Shown: positions 12,330 to 25,977 of the stretch, one piece after another
Numbering within the stretch: position 1 is the first letter of the stretch
Layout: every line of letters starts with the position of its first letter
Assembly (NCBI RefSeq): GCF_030144855.1
Contig: NC_082712.1
Span: 172,360,001 to 172,424,000, forward strand
From: Hypanus sabinus
Lineage: Eukaryota
DNA length: 64,000 nt
Direction of reading: 5' to 3'
Program-made: the position numbers and the translations under genes
The notes under the pieces: generated by a model
Told to the model about the DNA's origin: nothing
The model's database searches: none
What the model saw: the letters and a program-made list of their open reading frames with translations, nothing else

Positions 12330-13060
12330 TTGATTTCATGCAGCACCTTTCTCTCCCACAGACTCCATCACCTGCAGCACTTTGTCGCCTTCACCTCTCA
12401 CCTCCCAGCCTCTGTAACTATTGCCACTCTCTCCTCTCCATCTATTTGTTACCGCCTCACCTGGATCCACCCATCACCTCCCAGCCTTTTTCACTATTTC
12501 AACTCTTCCGTCTGCCCATCACCCCTTCTCATCTGGATCCATGCAACACCTCCCAGCCTCTGTCACAATTCCCGCTCTTCTCGCCCTCCATCTCCATTTC
12601 ACCCCTTTTTATCTGGATCCACCCATCACCTCTTGGCCTCTGACACTATTCCCACCCTCCTCCGCTCCATCTGCAAATCACTACTCCTCAAATTGATCTA
12701 CCTGTTATAAACACAACAGATTCTGCAGATGCTGGAAATCCAGAGTAACACACTAAAATGTTGGAGGAACACAGCAGGTCAGGCAGCATCTATGGAGGAG
12801 AATAATGTCAATATTTCAGGCTGCAACCCTTCATTAGGACTCACCTGGATCCATCTATTGTTTGTCAACTCTTCCTCCACTCCTCTCCCTCATCTCTGTC
12901 TATTGGCTATCTCCTTATAGTCCAGATCAAGAGTCTCAACAAATTTCATGACTTATGTCACTGATAATAAATCTGATTCTGATTTTAACTTGAACTGTTG
13001 ACAATGTATTTCCCTCCACAGATACAACCTGACCCACTGAGTTCCTCCAACAGACTGTTG
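12330..13060. mobile_element. Penelope-like terminal-repeat remnants with a degenerate internal repeat (ctggatccacccatcacct x3-4)
   Basis: Pyrimidine-rich repeats, the tctgcagatgctggaaatcc...caggtcaggcagcatctatgg arm at ~12715-12840, and its inverted partner near 13020-13050. Confidence 0.55.
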
Positions 13061-13384
13061 TTCTTTTAGATAAAAAGAATGTTTGATTCTATCTCCCCCA
13101 TGTCTAAGTTGAACAGATTGTGAAGGTTATTTTAGAAAATTGCTTTAAACTTAAGAAACTTATCAGCTCCACTTCACAAGCACGACTTACTGTATGCAAA
13201 TATATTTTGTATGACTATTACATTGATTACTACTGATTTCAAAGGAATGCAAAATACAGCTTATTGAAGCAAAAGTGAACTTGAATTTGGATTAAAACTG
13301 ATTTTCTGTTGGATTAATGGTGTCTGTCTGAGGAAAGCCCAGTATAAATCCACTCCGAAAGCACTTTTCCGAAGTTATGCCCCA

Positions 13385-13962
13385 CAGTACTGTAGTGGCT
13401 AGCACGAAGCTATTACAGCTTACGATGTTGGAGTTTGGAGTACAACACCAGTGTCCTCTGTAAGCAAGTTTGTACATTCCTTCCAGTCTGTGCACGAGAT
13501 TCCTCTGGGTAATCCAATTTCACTCCACAGTTCAAAGATGTATTAGGTTAACTTTGATTTTGATCTTGATTGGGATGGTCTGCAATCAACAAATGACGCA
13601 GTGCTAAATTGAATGGAACTGAACTAAACTGAACATTCCTAGACTGTCTTGATGACTTTGCAATGTTTTATATTCTGTGTTTCTCACTCGTTTTTTGCCG
13701 CTTATGCGATTTGTTCTTTTTTGTGCATTGGGTGTTTGATGTTTTCTTTGAATGGGTTCCATGGTGTTTCCTTATTTTGTGGCTGTCTGTAGAAAGATGG
13801 ATCTCAGGGTTGTACACTGCATATGTACTTTGATAATAAACATACTATAAATCTTTGAAATGGTCACTGTATTAGGCTAAGGTTAAAATGGTGGATGTTA
13901 GGCAGTGCGGCTCAAAAGGCCGTAAGGGCCTGTTCCATGCTGTATCTCAACATAAATAAATA
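13385..13962 (+). mobile_element. HE1-like V-SINE interrupted by a retroelement 3' end (~13552-13858)
   Basis: tRNA-like head, V-domain-like core, and CR1-type tail gggcctgttccatgctgtatctc-aataaataaa. Confidence 0.65.
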
Positions 13963-14704
13963 GTAGCTAAAGGTAAAAAAGGAGCAGGTCATTCGGCCTT
14001 CTTGAACTTATACCACCATTCACTTATTTAAATTGTCTTGATCCATTACTGTTAACATCCTTGACAACAATCTCAGACACGAAACTTGTAAATTATCATT
14101 CTCTGAAAAGCAAAGATATAGTGTTCTGGGTAAAAATACATGAGTGCTTCATCTGTGGTCCTGCAGATGCATGGGACTCAGAAAATAAATTACCTGGATA
14201 TTAAAATGCAAGACTTTGCAGATGATGCAAATTTGACATTACCACAGAAAACAATGGAGGTACCAAGCAGGTCAGGTAGCATCTGTTGATAGGGAAATAG
14301 AATTTACATCTTAGGTTGAAAACCTTTTCACTAGGAAGAAGAAAGTTCTGATAAAAGGTCATAAATCTGAATCAATGATTCTGCTTCTCAATTTTTTGAT
14401 GCTGTCTTTCCAAGTCATTGGTATTTGAGGTGTACAAAATTATAGCCATATCTTCTGCTCTCTATGTAGGTGTAATTTTCACAGGTAAACACAGTACTAA
14501 CAGGTAAAACAGAATACTGGAGGAACTCAGCAAGTCAGGCAGCATCTATAGAGGGCAATAAATACTTGATGTTTCGGATCAAGATGAAGAGTCTCAGCCT
14601 CTTTATTCCCCTCAAAGGATAGTGCCTGACCTGCTGAGTTCCTCCTGCATTTTGTGTGTTTGTTGCTCAAGATTTCCACCATCTGCAGAATCCCTTGTGT
14701 TAAA

Positions 14705-15000
14705 GAAAGCTGCACTTATTTTCTTGATGCTTCAACAAGTGTGTGTCAGCAATGGAGAAAACTATGCTTTGAGTTGTAACAGTTGTTGAAATCACTTTCA
14801 TCTCATGCTTTCAATCGGATGGCAGTCAGCAGCGAGCACTCCCACCATGTCAAGTTCAAATTTTTAGTGCATGTAAGTCAAAAATTATTTATTTATCAAA
14901 TTAAAAATATAATGCACTGTCAAACTGCTAATAGCATTTTTATTTGGCAAGCTTTTGCTTTATTAAAATTATATCTGCAGAAATATCTAAGTGACCTAAC
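14705..15000. promoter_or_regulatory. Candidate PAX6 enhancer (SIMO-like motif content)
   Basis: Two MAF half-sites, three TGACA cores and a paired-domain-like site, ~19.5 kb into the last ELP4 intron. Confidence 0.4.
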
Positions 15001-15549
15001 CATTGTAAAGTTCACGTTCCAATCAGCAGGCCTGGATGAACATTTTGTGTCAACATTAAACATAGAACAGTACAGTACAGGAACAGGCTCTTTGGCCACA
15101 TTGTTTTGCCAAACAAGTTAGAAACTAAATCAATCACCCCTTGCAAAATTACCTACACAATGTCCATATCCCTCCATCTTCCTCACATTCATGTGCCTAC
15201 CTAAACACCTCTTAAAAGCCTCCAATGTATTTGCCTTTACCACTGTACTGGGCAGCGCATTCCAGGTATTCACCACTCCCTAAGTAAAAAAATTACCCCT
15301 CATATATCCTTCGAACCTAGCCCCCTCACCTTTAATGAATGAATTGTCATTTTCATAAATATTTAGTTTGCAAGCATTTAAAACTGAATTGTTCCAGCAC
15401 TTCCTGTATTGCAAACCTGAGACAGCACTTCACATTATATCTTCCGATATAGAACATGAAAGGTTTAATAGGCTAAAACTAATTTGGGTGATTTTTGTCA
15501 CCTCCTTAAACATTCTGATTCAGTAATCTGGAACCATCTTTCACAATTT

Positions 15550-16000
15550 ATTTATGGCATTTTATTCTGACATGTGGGCAAGTTACTTTTTTTTAAACAG
15601 ACATGGCACGCTACAAATGGGGCTGCTTTTTTTTCCCTCTTCCCTGCCTCTGTTGGCTAAAGGTCTCCTGATAAAAATAAAGAATCCCAGCATATGGAGT
15701 AGTTGTTATGTCCTTCCGGGGATGGTCTGCAGCTATGCGCACCACAGACACGCCAAGGAGAGGTGAATTGTCAAATGCAATTTCAATCATTGGGTGGGTT
15801 GGATGAAGCAGATTAGTTGTATGCAATCATGATAGATAGTTTATCCCAGCCCCGAACCGCCGCTTGGGAAATCTTGCACGCAAACGAACAGAAACTCAGT
15901 CATTATTAGTGTCAAGAAGCCATACGGAGACACAATTTGGTTGCCAGCCAGGCAACGTTGAATCATTCCAGCTAAAAAAGTGACCAATTGCATCTTTAAA
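15550..16000. promoter_or_regulatory. Candidate conserved non-coding element
   Basis: Unique block that retains CpGs, with GTTGCC-N5-GGCAAC. Confidence 0.45.
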
Positions 16001-17391
16001 ATGTAAACTGATAGTGATGTTGTTGTTTGGAAATGTTTCTAACAGAAAGGGAAAAAAAATCACTAATGTTGAATATTTGACTTATAAAATTTTAAAGTCC
16101 TTACTGAAGTGAAATATGATGTTAGAGTGAGTGAATGTAAATTAAGTGCATTAGTGTCCTAATCTTTTCATTCTGATCCTTGAAGTTGCAATGGGGGAGG
16201 ATGGATGCAGTAAGCAACGTGTACAATTTTGGTCATTTAAAAAAACCTTCAATAAACCAGCCGCAGAATTTATCTGCTACTTGAAAATATCATATTTCCA
16301 GCATGAAACTAAAAACACACTTGTGCAGAATAGTTTTCTCCTAGCATTCGGCCTTCTAAAAATAACACATATTAAAAATTAACAAATGCAGAGAAGGCCT
16401 TAAGTCCAATGCCTGAAGCAAAATGCTTTGACAAACCTAGCAGCTCTTTCTGTGCTTTTCCAAATGCACTTGTCACTCAGTATTATCCATCCTCATTAAT
16501 GACAATGGGAAAGTTTATCTTAGAAGCAGGTTTTAAATCATCTACTGTTTACAAGGGGAGCATGAAATCTCCTACAAAACAGAAGGCGGGAATTACTTCC
16601 ACAACAAAATCACTTTTGGCAGATATAATATCTAAATCATGTTACTTATTAAAATTTGCACTTCTTGGCTTTCATAATTTTTTCTGAAATATTCATTATT
16701 GATGTGTGACTGACAGCAAAAATAAATTCTAATGTAGTCTAAAAACACCCAGATCGAAGGTGTGGGAATGTTATTTCTAGCCACAGTTTTTGTGCAGATG
16801 TAAAGGCAGACAAGTAGAGATAGCCTGTGGCTACAGTGTTGTAACAGAATGGATGAACATTCCTCCATGTATCAGCCCAGCCCAGATAATTAAATAGCCC
16901 TACAGTAATTGTGCTTACTTGCAATCATCTGCAAAGAACTGAGCTTTTGCTAATCATGATAGAATTACAAGTTATTTATCTTGGTTGGGTTGAAAGTTTT
17001 CAATAGTGCCCAAGCCTCAAAAACGTCTAGCTGTACAAATGTGCTCACAACATAAAATCCAGCCTTTGTCAATAAATTTTATAAAATTCTATGTTGAAAG
17101 GGTACCATCAGAAATATCTGAGGCAGTTAATAACTAAATCTCATACACTCCACCTCCATTGCAATGATCCTAGTAGTAATGTGTCTTGAATCTCAACTGA
17201 TCAACAATGTGCAACAGGAAAAGACAAGTATTTGATGGGCTGAACAACCTAATTCTACTGTTCAGTTTTATGGGAGACCAGATAGTACAATTTCTAACTG
17301 TACATTCTCATGGCTCTCTCTGTCACGTTGATTCAGCATTCACTTTGCTGCACACCTCCCATTTCTCTGAAGGCACAGATTCCTATCAGAA

Positions 17392-18440
17392 TCAAAGCTC
17401 AAAGTAAATTTATTATCAAAGTACATACAGGTCACAATATACAACCCTGAGATTTTTGTTGCAAGCATGCCCAGTAAATCCAAGAACCATAATAGAATCA
17501 ATGAAAGACTGCAGCCAACAAGACAAACAACCAATGTGCAAAAGACAATAGTTATAAAAGAAAAAAGCAATAAACATTGAGAATTTGAGATGAAGAGACC
17601 TTGAACGTGAGCCCATAGGTTGTGTGAACAGTTCAGTGATGGGGTGAGTGAAATTGAGTGAAGTTATTCTCACTGGTTGAAGATTCTAATGGTTGAGGGG
17701 CAATAACTTCCTGAACATGGTGGTGTGAGTCCTGAGGCTCCTGTGTCTTTTTCCTGATGGCAACACTGAGATGAAAGCATGGCCTCGGTGGTGGGTGGGG
17801 TCTATGATGTATGCTGCTTTCCTGTGTAGATGTGTTCAATGGTGGTTCTATCCATGATGGAATGGACTGTATTCCCTATATTTTGTATGATTTTCCATTC
17901 AGCGGCATTGGTGTTTCCAGACCAGGCTGTGATGCAACCAGTCAATGTACTCTCCATCACATCTGTAGAATTTTATCAAAGTTTTAGATGTCATGCTGAA
18001 ACTATGCAAACTTCTAAGGAAGTTAAGGCACTGCTGTACTTTCTTCGTAATGGCACTTAAATGCTGAGCTCAGGACAGATCCATTGAAATGATCTCACCA
18101 AGGAACTTAAAATTGCTGACCCTCTCCACCTCTGATCCCTGATGGGGACAGGCTCATGGACCTCTGGTTTCCTCCTCCTGAGCCCAATGATCAGTTTGTC
18201 GGTCTTGTTGCCATTGTGTAAGAGGTTGTTGTTATGACACCACTCAGCTGGATTTACATTCTCCCTCCTAAATGCTGACTTGTCACCACTTATGATTCAG
18301 CCTATGACAGAGGGGTCATCAGCAAACTTAAATATGACATTGGAGCTGTGCTTAGCCTCACAGTAATAAGTACAAAGCAAGTAGAGCAGGGGGTTAAGTA
18401 CACAGCCTTGTGGTGCACCTGTGCTGATGGTGATTGTGGA
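17392..18440 (-). mobile_element. Older Rex1/Babar-type LINE fragment
   Basis: ccagaccaggctgtgatgcaacc (GCITAW), tcatcagcaaactta (KFADD) and cacagccttgtggtgcacc (GAPQGC) on the reverse strand. Confidence 0.8.
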
Positions 18441-19035
18441 GGGCCTGCTGCCTCCTCCTCATTAAACAAGTTGCAAACATCAGCAGTTCCTTCATGTTTG
18501 AGGCTTCCACAGTAAAGCCAATTTTGACACTCAAAAAAACAAAAGATTCTGTGTATGCTGTTAGTTCAGAGTAAAACACACAAAATGCTGGAGAACCCAG
18601 CAGGCCAGGCAGCATCTATAGAAAAGATTAGAGTTGACGTTTCGGCTTGAGTCCTGATGAAGGGTCTCGGCTTTAAATGTTGACTCTTTATTCCTTTTCA
18701 CAAATCTTTAACACTCAAATGCAGTTTCTTATTGGCATTAAAAAGATTGAGAACCCCTGTTTTACTATAAGGTGGAAGCTTGACCTCACAATCTAACATG
18801 CAATCTTTTTTGCCTATCTGCACTACAATTTCTCTGTAATTGTAACATAATTCTGCATTCTGTTAATATTTTCCCTACTGTACCTTGTGGTACATGTGAC
18901 TATAATAAACCAATTTGCCAATTTATTTTAAATATAGAGCATTTTTCATACAAATCAAGCAGTTCAAAGTGCTTTACAATGGAATAAAAGTAGAAACATG
19001 AGTATAAAATAATAAAAAATAAAAATAAACATGGA

Positions 19036-20079
19036 ACTCTGCTGACCCTTGACTGTGCTGCAACACACAGCTCGAACCACATCATCAAGTTCGCCGATGG
19101 CCCGACCGTGGTGGGTCTCATCAGCAAGAACGATGAGTCAGCTTACAGAGAGGAGGTGCAGCGGCTAACGGACTGGTGCAGAGCCAACAACCTGTCTCTT
19201 AATGTGAACAAAACAAAAGAGATGGTTGTTGACTTCAGGAGGGCACGGAGCGACCATTCTCCGCTGAACATTGACGGCTCCATGGTAGAGATCGTTAAAA
19301 GTACCAAATTTCTTGGTGTTCACCTGGTGGAGAATCTCACCTGGTCCCTCAGCACCAGCTCCATAGCCAAGAAAGCCCAGCAGTGTCTCTACTTTCTGCG
19401 AAGACTGAGGAAAGTCCATCACCCACCCCCCCCATCCTCATCACATTCTACAGAGGATGTATCGAGAGCATCCTGAGCACCTGCATCCCTGCCTGGTTTG
19501 GAAATTGCACCATCTCGGATCGCAAGACCCTGCAGCAGATAGTGAGGTCAGCTGAGAAGATCATCAGGGTCTCTCTTCCCGCCGTTACAGACATTTACAT
19601 TACACGCTGTACCCACAAAGCTAACAATATTGTGAAGGACCTCATGCACCCCTCACACAAACTCTTCTCCCTCCTGCCATCTGGCAAAAGGTACCAAAGC
19701 ATTCGGGCTCTCACGACCAGACTGTGCAAGTTTCTTTCCCCAAGCTGTCAGACTGCTCAATACTCAGAGTCTAGACTGACATCTACATCATTTATTATTA
19801 TACTGTAATTTGTCCTCTACTGTGCCTATTGTCCTGTTTATTAATTATTGTACTGGCCTGCACTGTTTTGTGCACTTTATGTAGTCCTGTGCAGGTCTGT
19901 AGCATAGTGCAGTTTTAAGTTATTTTACATAGTCTACTGTCGTTTTGTGCTGTCTCACATAGTCTAGCGTAGCTTTTTCTTGTTTCATGTAGCACCAGGG
20001 TCCTGGAGGAACATTGTTTCGTTTTTACTGTGCACTGTACCAGCAGCTTATGGTCGAAATGACAATAAACTTGACTTGA
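19036..20079 (+). mobile_element. Rex1/Babar LINE, 5'-truncated
   Basis: [22 protein letters not shown] (ORFs 19108..19476 and 19383..19808), tail aaacttgacttga. Very similar to the copies at 2126 and 7142. Confidence 0.92.
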
Positions 20080-20661
20080 AAGTAAAAGACAAAATGATGT
20101 CAGTTAAAATCAAGGTTAAATAAATAGGTTTTTAGCTGTGTTTAAATGTGTTAACTGAGTTTGCATCCCTTATAGTTTTATGTATTGAATTGCATAATTC
20201 AAAGGAGCTGATCTGCCAATTATCTATTGAGGGAGATTGCTTAAATTTAAGAGACTAGTGGAAGAAGACCTAAGAGCTTGAGTGGGATTATAAAACAAAA
20301 ATGACTCCAGTCCAAGACCATTAGGACTTTTTCAATAAGTAAGAGAACTTTAAAATCGATTCTACGATGCAGGAAGCCAATGCAGAGTAGCTAGTACAGG
20401 AGTGATAGGTTCCCTCGTTCTGGTGTTCGTTAAAAGTCTAGTAGTGGCATTCTGAATGAGCTGGTTTGTCAATGGAAGACATACTTTAAGTGGGATTTAA
20501 AATTCAAATCTGAATCAGTGCTTGCTACTTCTGATTTGACAAGGGGAGCCAAGTTCCCAAGTTTATGTCTCTCAGTTTTGCGACCAACCAAAAGTATTTC
20601 TGTTTTATCTTCATTTAGTTTTAGAAAATTATTGGTCATTCATTTGTTTATTGCAGCTATA

Positions 20662-21169
20662 CAGGTGCCCCCCGCTTTTCGAACGTTCGCTTTACGACAA
20701 CTCGCTGTTACAACAGACCTGTTTTCGCTCACCAAAGAGGATTTTCGCTTTTACGAAAAAAAGACGTCCGCTTCATACGTCTGTTTACCCTGAGAAAGAC
20801 TACAATAACCATGAAACCCTGTGCGGGCAGTTGTTTGTGCTTGCGTGTACGTGCCGATTTTTTTTCTCCAAAACGATTTTGGCTCGCTGTCTTCCCGATT
20901 TTGATAAGAGAAACTACAGCGTACATACTTTATTTCTACTTTATATAGGCTGTACATTTATCATATCATTCTTGTTTTTACTATATGTTAGTGTTATTTT
21001 AGGTTTTATGTGTTATTTGGTTTGATTTGATAGGTTATTTTTTGGGGCTGGGAACGCTCAAAAATTTTTCCCATATAAATTAATGGCAATTTCTTCTTCG
21101 ATTTACGACATTTCGGTTTACAAACGGTTTCATAGGAACGTTCTACCTTCGGATTGCGGGGTAAACCTG
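20662..21169. mobile_element. Tigger-like MITE, 508 bp, CpG-rich
   Basis: TIRs CAGGTGCCCCCCGCTTTTCGAA and (reverse complement) CAGGTTTACCCCGCAATCCGAA, TA at 20660-20661 and 21170-21171. Confidence 0.8.
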
Positions 21170-22849
21170 TACTCTAAGTCAGAGAAGAAAGAGTGTTATC
21201 ACCATCAAGCTCAGTCGAGATACTATTAAATGTAGAAATCAAGTTTGTGCTCTCCAGTGATGTCTCCTCAGCAGAGCATGTATAAGGATAAGAGTAGGGC
21301 ACCAAGATAGCTTCCCTGAGAACACCATTGTAGCTCTTAGAAAATTGGTATTCAACATTTTCTTTCCGAACGAACTCAATTCAGGCACTACCAAAGAGGC
21401 CAACCCAGTTCTCAAGGTGATCTAGGAGAATGTTATGCTCAACTGTGTTGAAGGCTGGACATAGATTTAGAAGACTTAGAACTGAGACTCTGTTGGCATC
21501 AGTGCTGAGCATAAAGTCACTAACAATTTTGGTAAGGGTCGTCTCTGTGCTGCGGTTTGCTCTAAAACCTGACTGAAACTTCTCTAGAATATTGTTCTCA
21601 TTCAGAAAGATGAAAGTTTATCATTAGAAAAAAGGATTGGAGCCTTAGAATTGAACCTGCCACCTTTCTGGTCTGCGAAAACTTGACAAAGAATTTCAAA
21701 TAATTATTAAGAAAGTAAATGAATGCATACAAGTTTGCAACCAAGTCAATGGATAGTCCTTATTGCCTTTTTTAAAAACTCCTTGCTATGACCAATATCA
21801 CTCTTCAGCTAAATTGGTTTACCTTCAACTTCACAAGTGCCATAGTTGGCCACTTACGGTAAAACTGTGTAATCAGCTTCCTAAGATATTCAAAGATTGC
21901 AGCATCCTACAAATGATAGTGTGGAGTCTGGGTAACATCACATGCCATTTATCACTGTAATAAATGACATATAATGCTACCCTGACTCCTGATAGGCAAA
22001 ATTGCTTTGTCCTGGATGATGTCAATCTGGTTCAGTATGGTGCAGGTGACTGAGGCTTTGTATGTGGTGGAAAGGTGATAGGCAGACACTTGAGTAACAG
22101 GTAACACTGACCAGGAAGCGAGCCACTTAGTACAGAATGCCCTGGTAGCTGTTGTATCTATTTGGCTGATTCAGGCCAGTTTCTACTTATTCATAGGACA
22201 CTGAAGGCATTGGATTTGCTCTATACATACTCCAAACCCTCTCAATTTCTCTGGTGTGAATGGTAAGAATTAGCAATACTTCACTTGCTTTCTGATGAAA
22301 TCTTGACATTGCCATTAAAATGATAAAGGCACTGATTATTGAGATTTCTGCTCAGGAGATTGAATGTTAACTCTCCCAAGATCACGTCCTAATACTCTCT
22401 GGACACCGAACTTCAACATTTTTCATACTTCACATACTTACCAAAGCTTCAAACTTCATAGTCTCTGCAACCACATCTCTTCCCTCCCAATTCCAACACA
22501 CAGACACACACTGCACTGTAACTTTCTACCTTCTTGCTAATTCACCAAAAGATTTGCTTTGGAAAATGCAATGTGCCTGATGCTTTTAAAATACAGAATT
22601 TATTCATATCTCAACTTTTTTTTCATCTTGTCTTGTCCAGTTCCTTCCAACATACTGCAGGAACATTCTAATGCCTTCCAGATATTTAAACAAACTTCTT
22701 AAACAAGTAATGACCTCCTTTCTAAAAGGGACATTTAATTCATCTACATCCAGAAAAGACAGCCTATGTTGAATCTGATCTTAAATTGGACAGCTTCTTA
22801 GTTGACATCTCTCTTTACCACACCTGCCTGTACACTGAATAAATGGAAT

Positions 22850-24800
22850 AATCTGAGGTCAACCAAGACAAAAAAAAAGAGCGAGCAGGTTGGTCAGGAG
22901 ACCCCAGAGGAGATCTTGATCTCCAACCAGTAATCAGTTATGAATCATGATGGAGAAGGAAATTGCTCTGGGGAATGAAGCCAAAGCCAAGACCAGAGCA
23001 TCATCGTTGAATCAGCTGAAAAAGGGGTACGGAAAAGGTCAAGAAAGGAATAGTTGGAGGGGATTCTATACTTAGGAGAGTAAACTGGCATTTCTGTGAT
23101 TCCAGGATGCTGTTTTTCTGCCCGATGCCAAGTTTGGGACATTACAGGGTATCTGTGGAACACTCTGGAGAAAGCTTATGGCTGATGACAATTATAACAA
23201 ACATTAGTAGAAAAGAGATGTGGTAAGCAAATTTTACAGAGTTTGTAAAGAGGTAACAAGCAGGACTTTAAAGGTCCCATGTATCAGAAAAGAGATGAGG
23301 AAGAATTTCTTTAACCATACATATGTGGAATTCATTGCCACAGGTGGATGTGGACACTAAGTCATTGAGTATATTTAAAGCAGAAGCTGCTTGTTTCTTG
23401 ATTAATAGGGGCATCAAAGGTTACAGGAAAAGACAGGAAAATGGGGATGAGACATAATACAAATCAGCCATGATCAAGCTGCAAAGCAGACTCAATGGGT
23501 TGAATAGCCTAATTCTGCTCCTATGACTTAAGATTGTATTGGGTTACACTCCTGGGGCACTAAAACTAGTTCTGAGAAACATTAATTTTCTATAGGCTAG
23601 AGAAGAACCTCAACAGGGTCTGGACCGATGCTATCACAGGTAGTTTCACCCATGTTTTTGGACTAGCTTGAGATGAAGATGGGAAGCTGAGCAAAGTTTC
23701 AGAAGGGATAAATGCATAACTGGGAATGGAAAGCTAATGGAATAGTTTCAAAAGAAGTGAAAGTATTTAGAAACAAGTCCAGAAAGGAGTTTCATGTGTT
23801 TAATGCCATAAATGGAAATGTAAGAAGTATAGTGAATTAAAGGTGATATATGATGTGTGGGACTATATGAACTATGATTTGGACTTTGGCTCCAGAGGAA
23901 CAATGTCTTGTTTAGCTGTATACAAATTTATGAGTTAAGAATAATGAAAGATACTTGGAAGCTATAATGGAAGTGTGATTGTAAGAGGGGCAGAAGTGTA
24001 ACAGTTAAAAGTTTTTTTTAGATGTGATTGGGAGGATCACAATAAAGGATAGACATGGGTATGGCAGTGGCAATATTTTTATTTAATTCTTATTTCAAAA
24101 TCTGTAGATTGCTGGCAAGGTCATTATTTATTGTTCATCCTTAATTTGTCCCTACTGGGTGGCTTGCTACATCATTTTGGAGGACATTGAAGAGTTAACT
24201 ACTTTGCTTAGGACTGGGAGTGACCTGTGGACCAGGCTGTGTAAAGAAACAATCTCAACTTTTAAGTAATGGTACTAACTTCATTGAATGGGGTGTGATT
24301 AAAGAAAACAGGTTTAAAAAAAAATAATATGCATGCTCCGGTTTCTACCCACAGTCCAAAGACATACTGGTTAGTAGATTAACTGGTCATTGAAAACTGT
24401 CCCGTGATTAGGCTAGGGTTAAATAGGTGGGTTGCTGGGCAGAGCAGCTAGTTGGGCTGGAAGGGTCTATTCTGTGCTGCATCTTTAAATAAAAACAAAA
24501 TTAAAGAAGGCAGTCACACTTTAAGGGTGTTCTGTAGGCCCTCAAACAATATGAGAGAAATTTAAAAAAGACATATTTGTACACAAATTTCTAATAAATT
24601 CAAAAATACTAGTGCAGGCACTTTAGTAAAGCTCATTTATCCTAATATTTACTGGTATATAGTCAGTGTAAGAGGTGTCAAGAGACCATGGATTCCAGAA
24701 TTCTAAGCTAGTATCTAGTCAGTCCATAAGAAGGGGAACTGTGTGAAATTTTTGGACTTAGTATTGGAAAAGGTGAAAGGTTCTAGTTAGAGAGTTTTCT
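22850..24800 (+). mobile_element. Old fragmented CR1 (ORF1 esterase and endonuclease remnants) with nested repeats
   Basis: IVGGDSILRRVN (GDSL/SGNH block I-like) near 23050, GVFCRP-like near 24525, LDLVL near 24755. Nested CR1 3' end (~23280-23530) and SINE 3' half (~24335-24495). Confidence 0.6.
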
Positions 24801-25237
24801 TTTTGAAGGAGTAATTGTATTTCAGTCAGTTTTAACATTTCTATTTAACATTTTTAAAATAGAAATAATTCCTTTAAATTGGACTACATGATTTACCACA
24901 ATGCTCATCTGTTCTCTGTGCTTTAATTCACATCCAATGAACAGAATAGCACAAGAGCAGGCCCTTTGGCCCAAGATATCTGTGCTGACCATGGGTCAAT
25001 TTGACCTTTCTCACCTGCCTTCCCAAGCTCTATAATCTTCCAATTTCTGCCTGTTCATATGTCTGTCCAAATGAGTCTTAAAACACTGCTTCCACCACTT
25101 CCACTGGCAGTGTGTTCCAGGCACTTTTGACTCTGCATAAAACAAAACTTGCCTCATAATTCCCCTGAAAACTTTCTCCTTTGAAGCTCTGCTTGCTTTT
25201 TTAACCAATGCTGTCATAGTTGTGGCTTAGCCAATGC

Positions 25238-25329
25238 AGGTGTCCCAACCTGGAGCCCACAGAACTCCCCCCCCAGACCCCCTGGTTAATGAAATGGTTT
25301 TGTGACATAAAAAGTTTGAGAACCCCTGA
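25238..25329. mobile_element. hAT/Charlie-like MITE, diverged
   Basis: caggtgtcccaacctgg...gtttgagaacccctg, same family as 6164 and 10869. Confidence 0.6.
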
Positions 25330-25977
25330 GATAGTGTCTTTCACATTCATTGTGCTTATATGAGATCATGGGAAAGTTACGTTGCAAAGAATATCCCCAA
25401 AATAGTTACATTAGTCTACCTTCAAGTTCAAGTTTATTGTCATCTATATATATATAACCAAATGAAACAATGTTCCTCTGGACCACAGTGCACCCACAAA
25501 ACATATCACACACAGCACATAACCAAAATATTTCTGTAATATATTAATAAAATACAATTCAAAATGTACGTAAAGTGTGCAGCACATGAAAACAGCTCGA
25601 TGTAATAGTGACGAGACCACAGTGGTGGCAGGGTATTCAATAGTCTCACAGCCTAAGAGAAGAAGCTGTTACCCAGTCTGCAGTTCTAGTCTTGATGCTC
25701 ATGTACCTTCTTCCTGATGGTAGTGGGTAAAAGAGATTGTGGGATGGATGGTAGGGATTCGCAATATAAAAATTGTCTATTTTCTAATATCAAATTGTTT
25801 TTAGAATTTTCTTAAGTTGTATAAAACGCAAAATGATTTGTATAGCTTCATTTAATACTAATTTATTAATTTGTTGATTATAAACACACAACTTATTTTT
25901 TATAGGATGTGGGTGTCATTGGCAAAGATTTATTTATCATCCAGCCTTAACCATTTTGAAGTAGCTGTTGGTAAGCT

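Larger units (their letters stand above)
18915..21612 (-). mobile_element. L2 LINE remnant hosting two younger insertions
   Basis: Minus-strand remnants FQSGFRANRSTETTL, NFLKLNEDKTE, QLIQNATTRLL...ITPVLATLHWLP, RIDFKVLLL. L2-type 3' end (ttcaaagtgctttaca) near 18960. Confidence 0.85.

Noticed and set aside
12236-12710. Three overlapping 90-135 aa ORFs
   Set aside because: Low-complexity pyrimidine-rich repeat sequence that lacks stop codons by composition.
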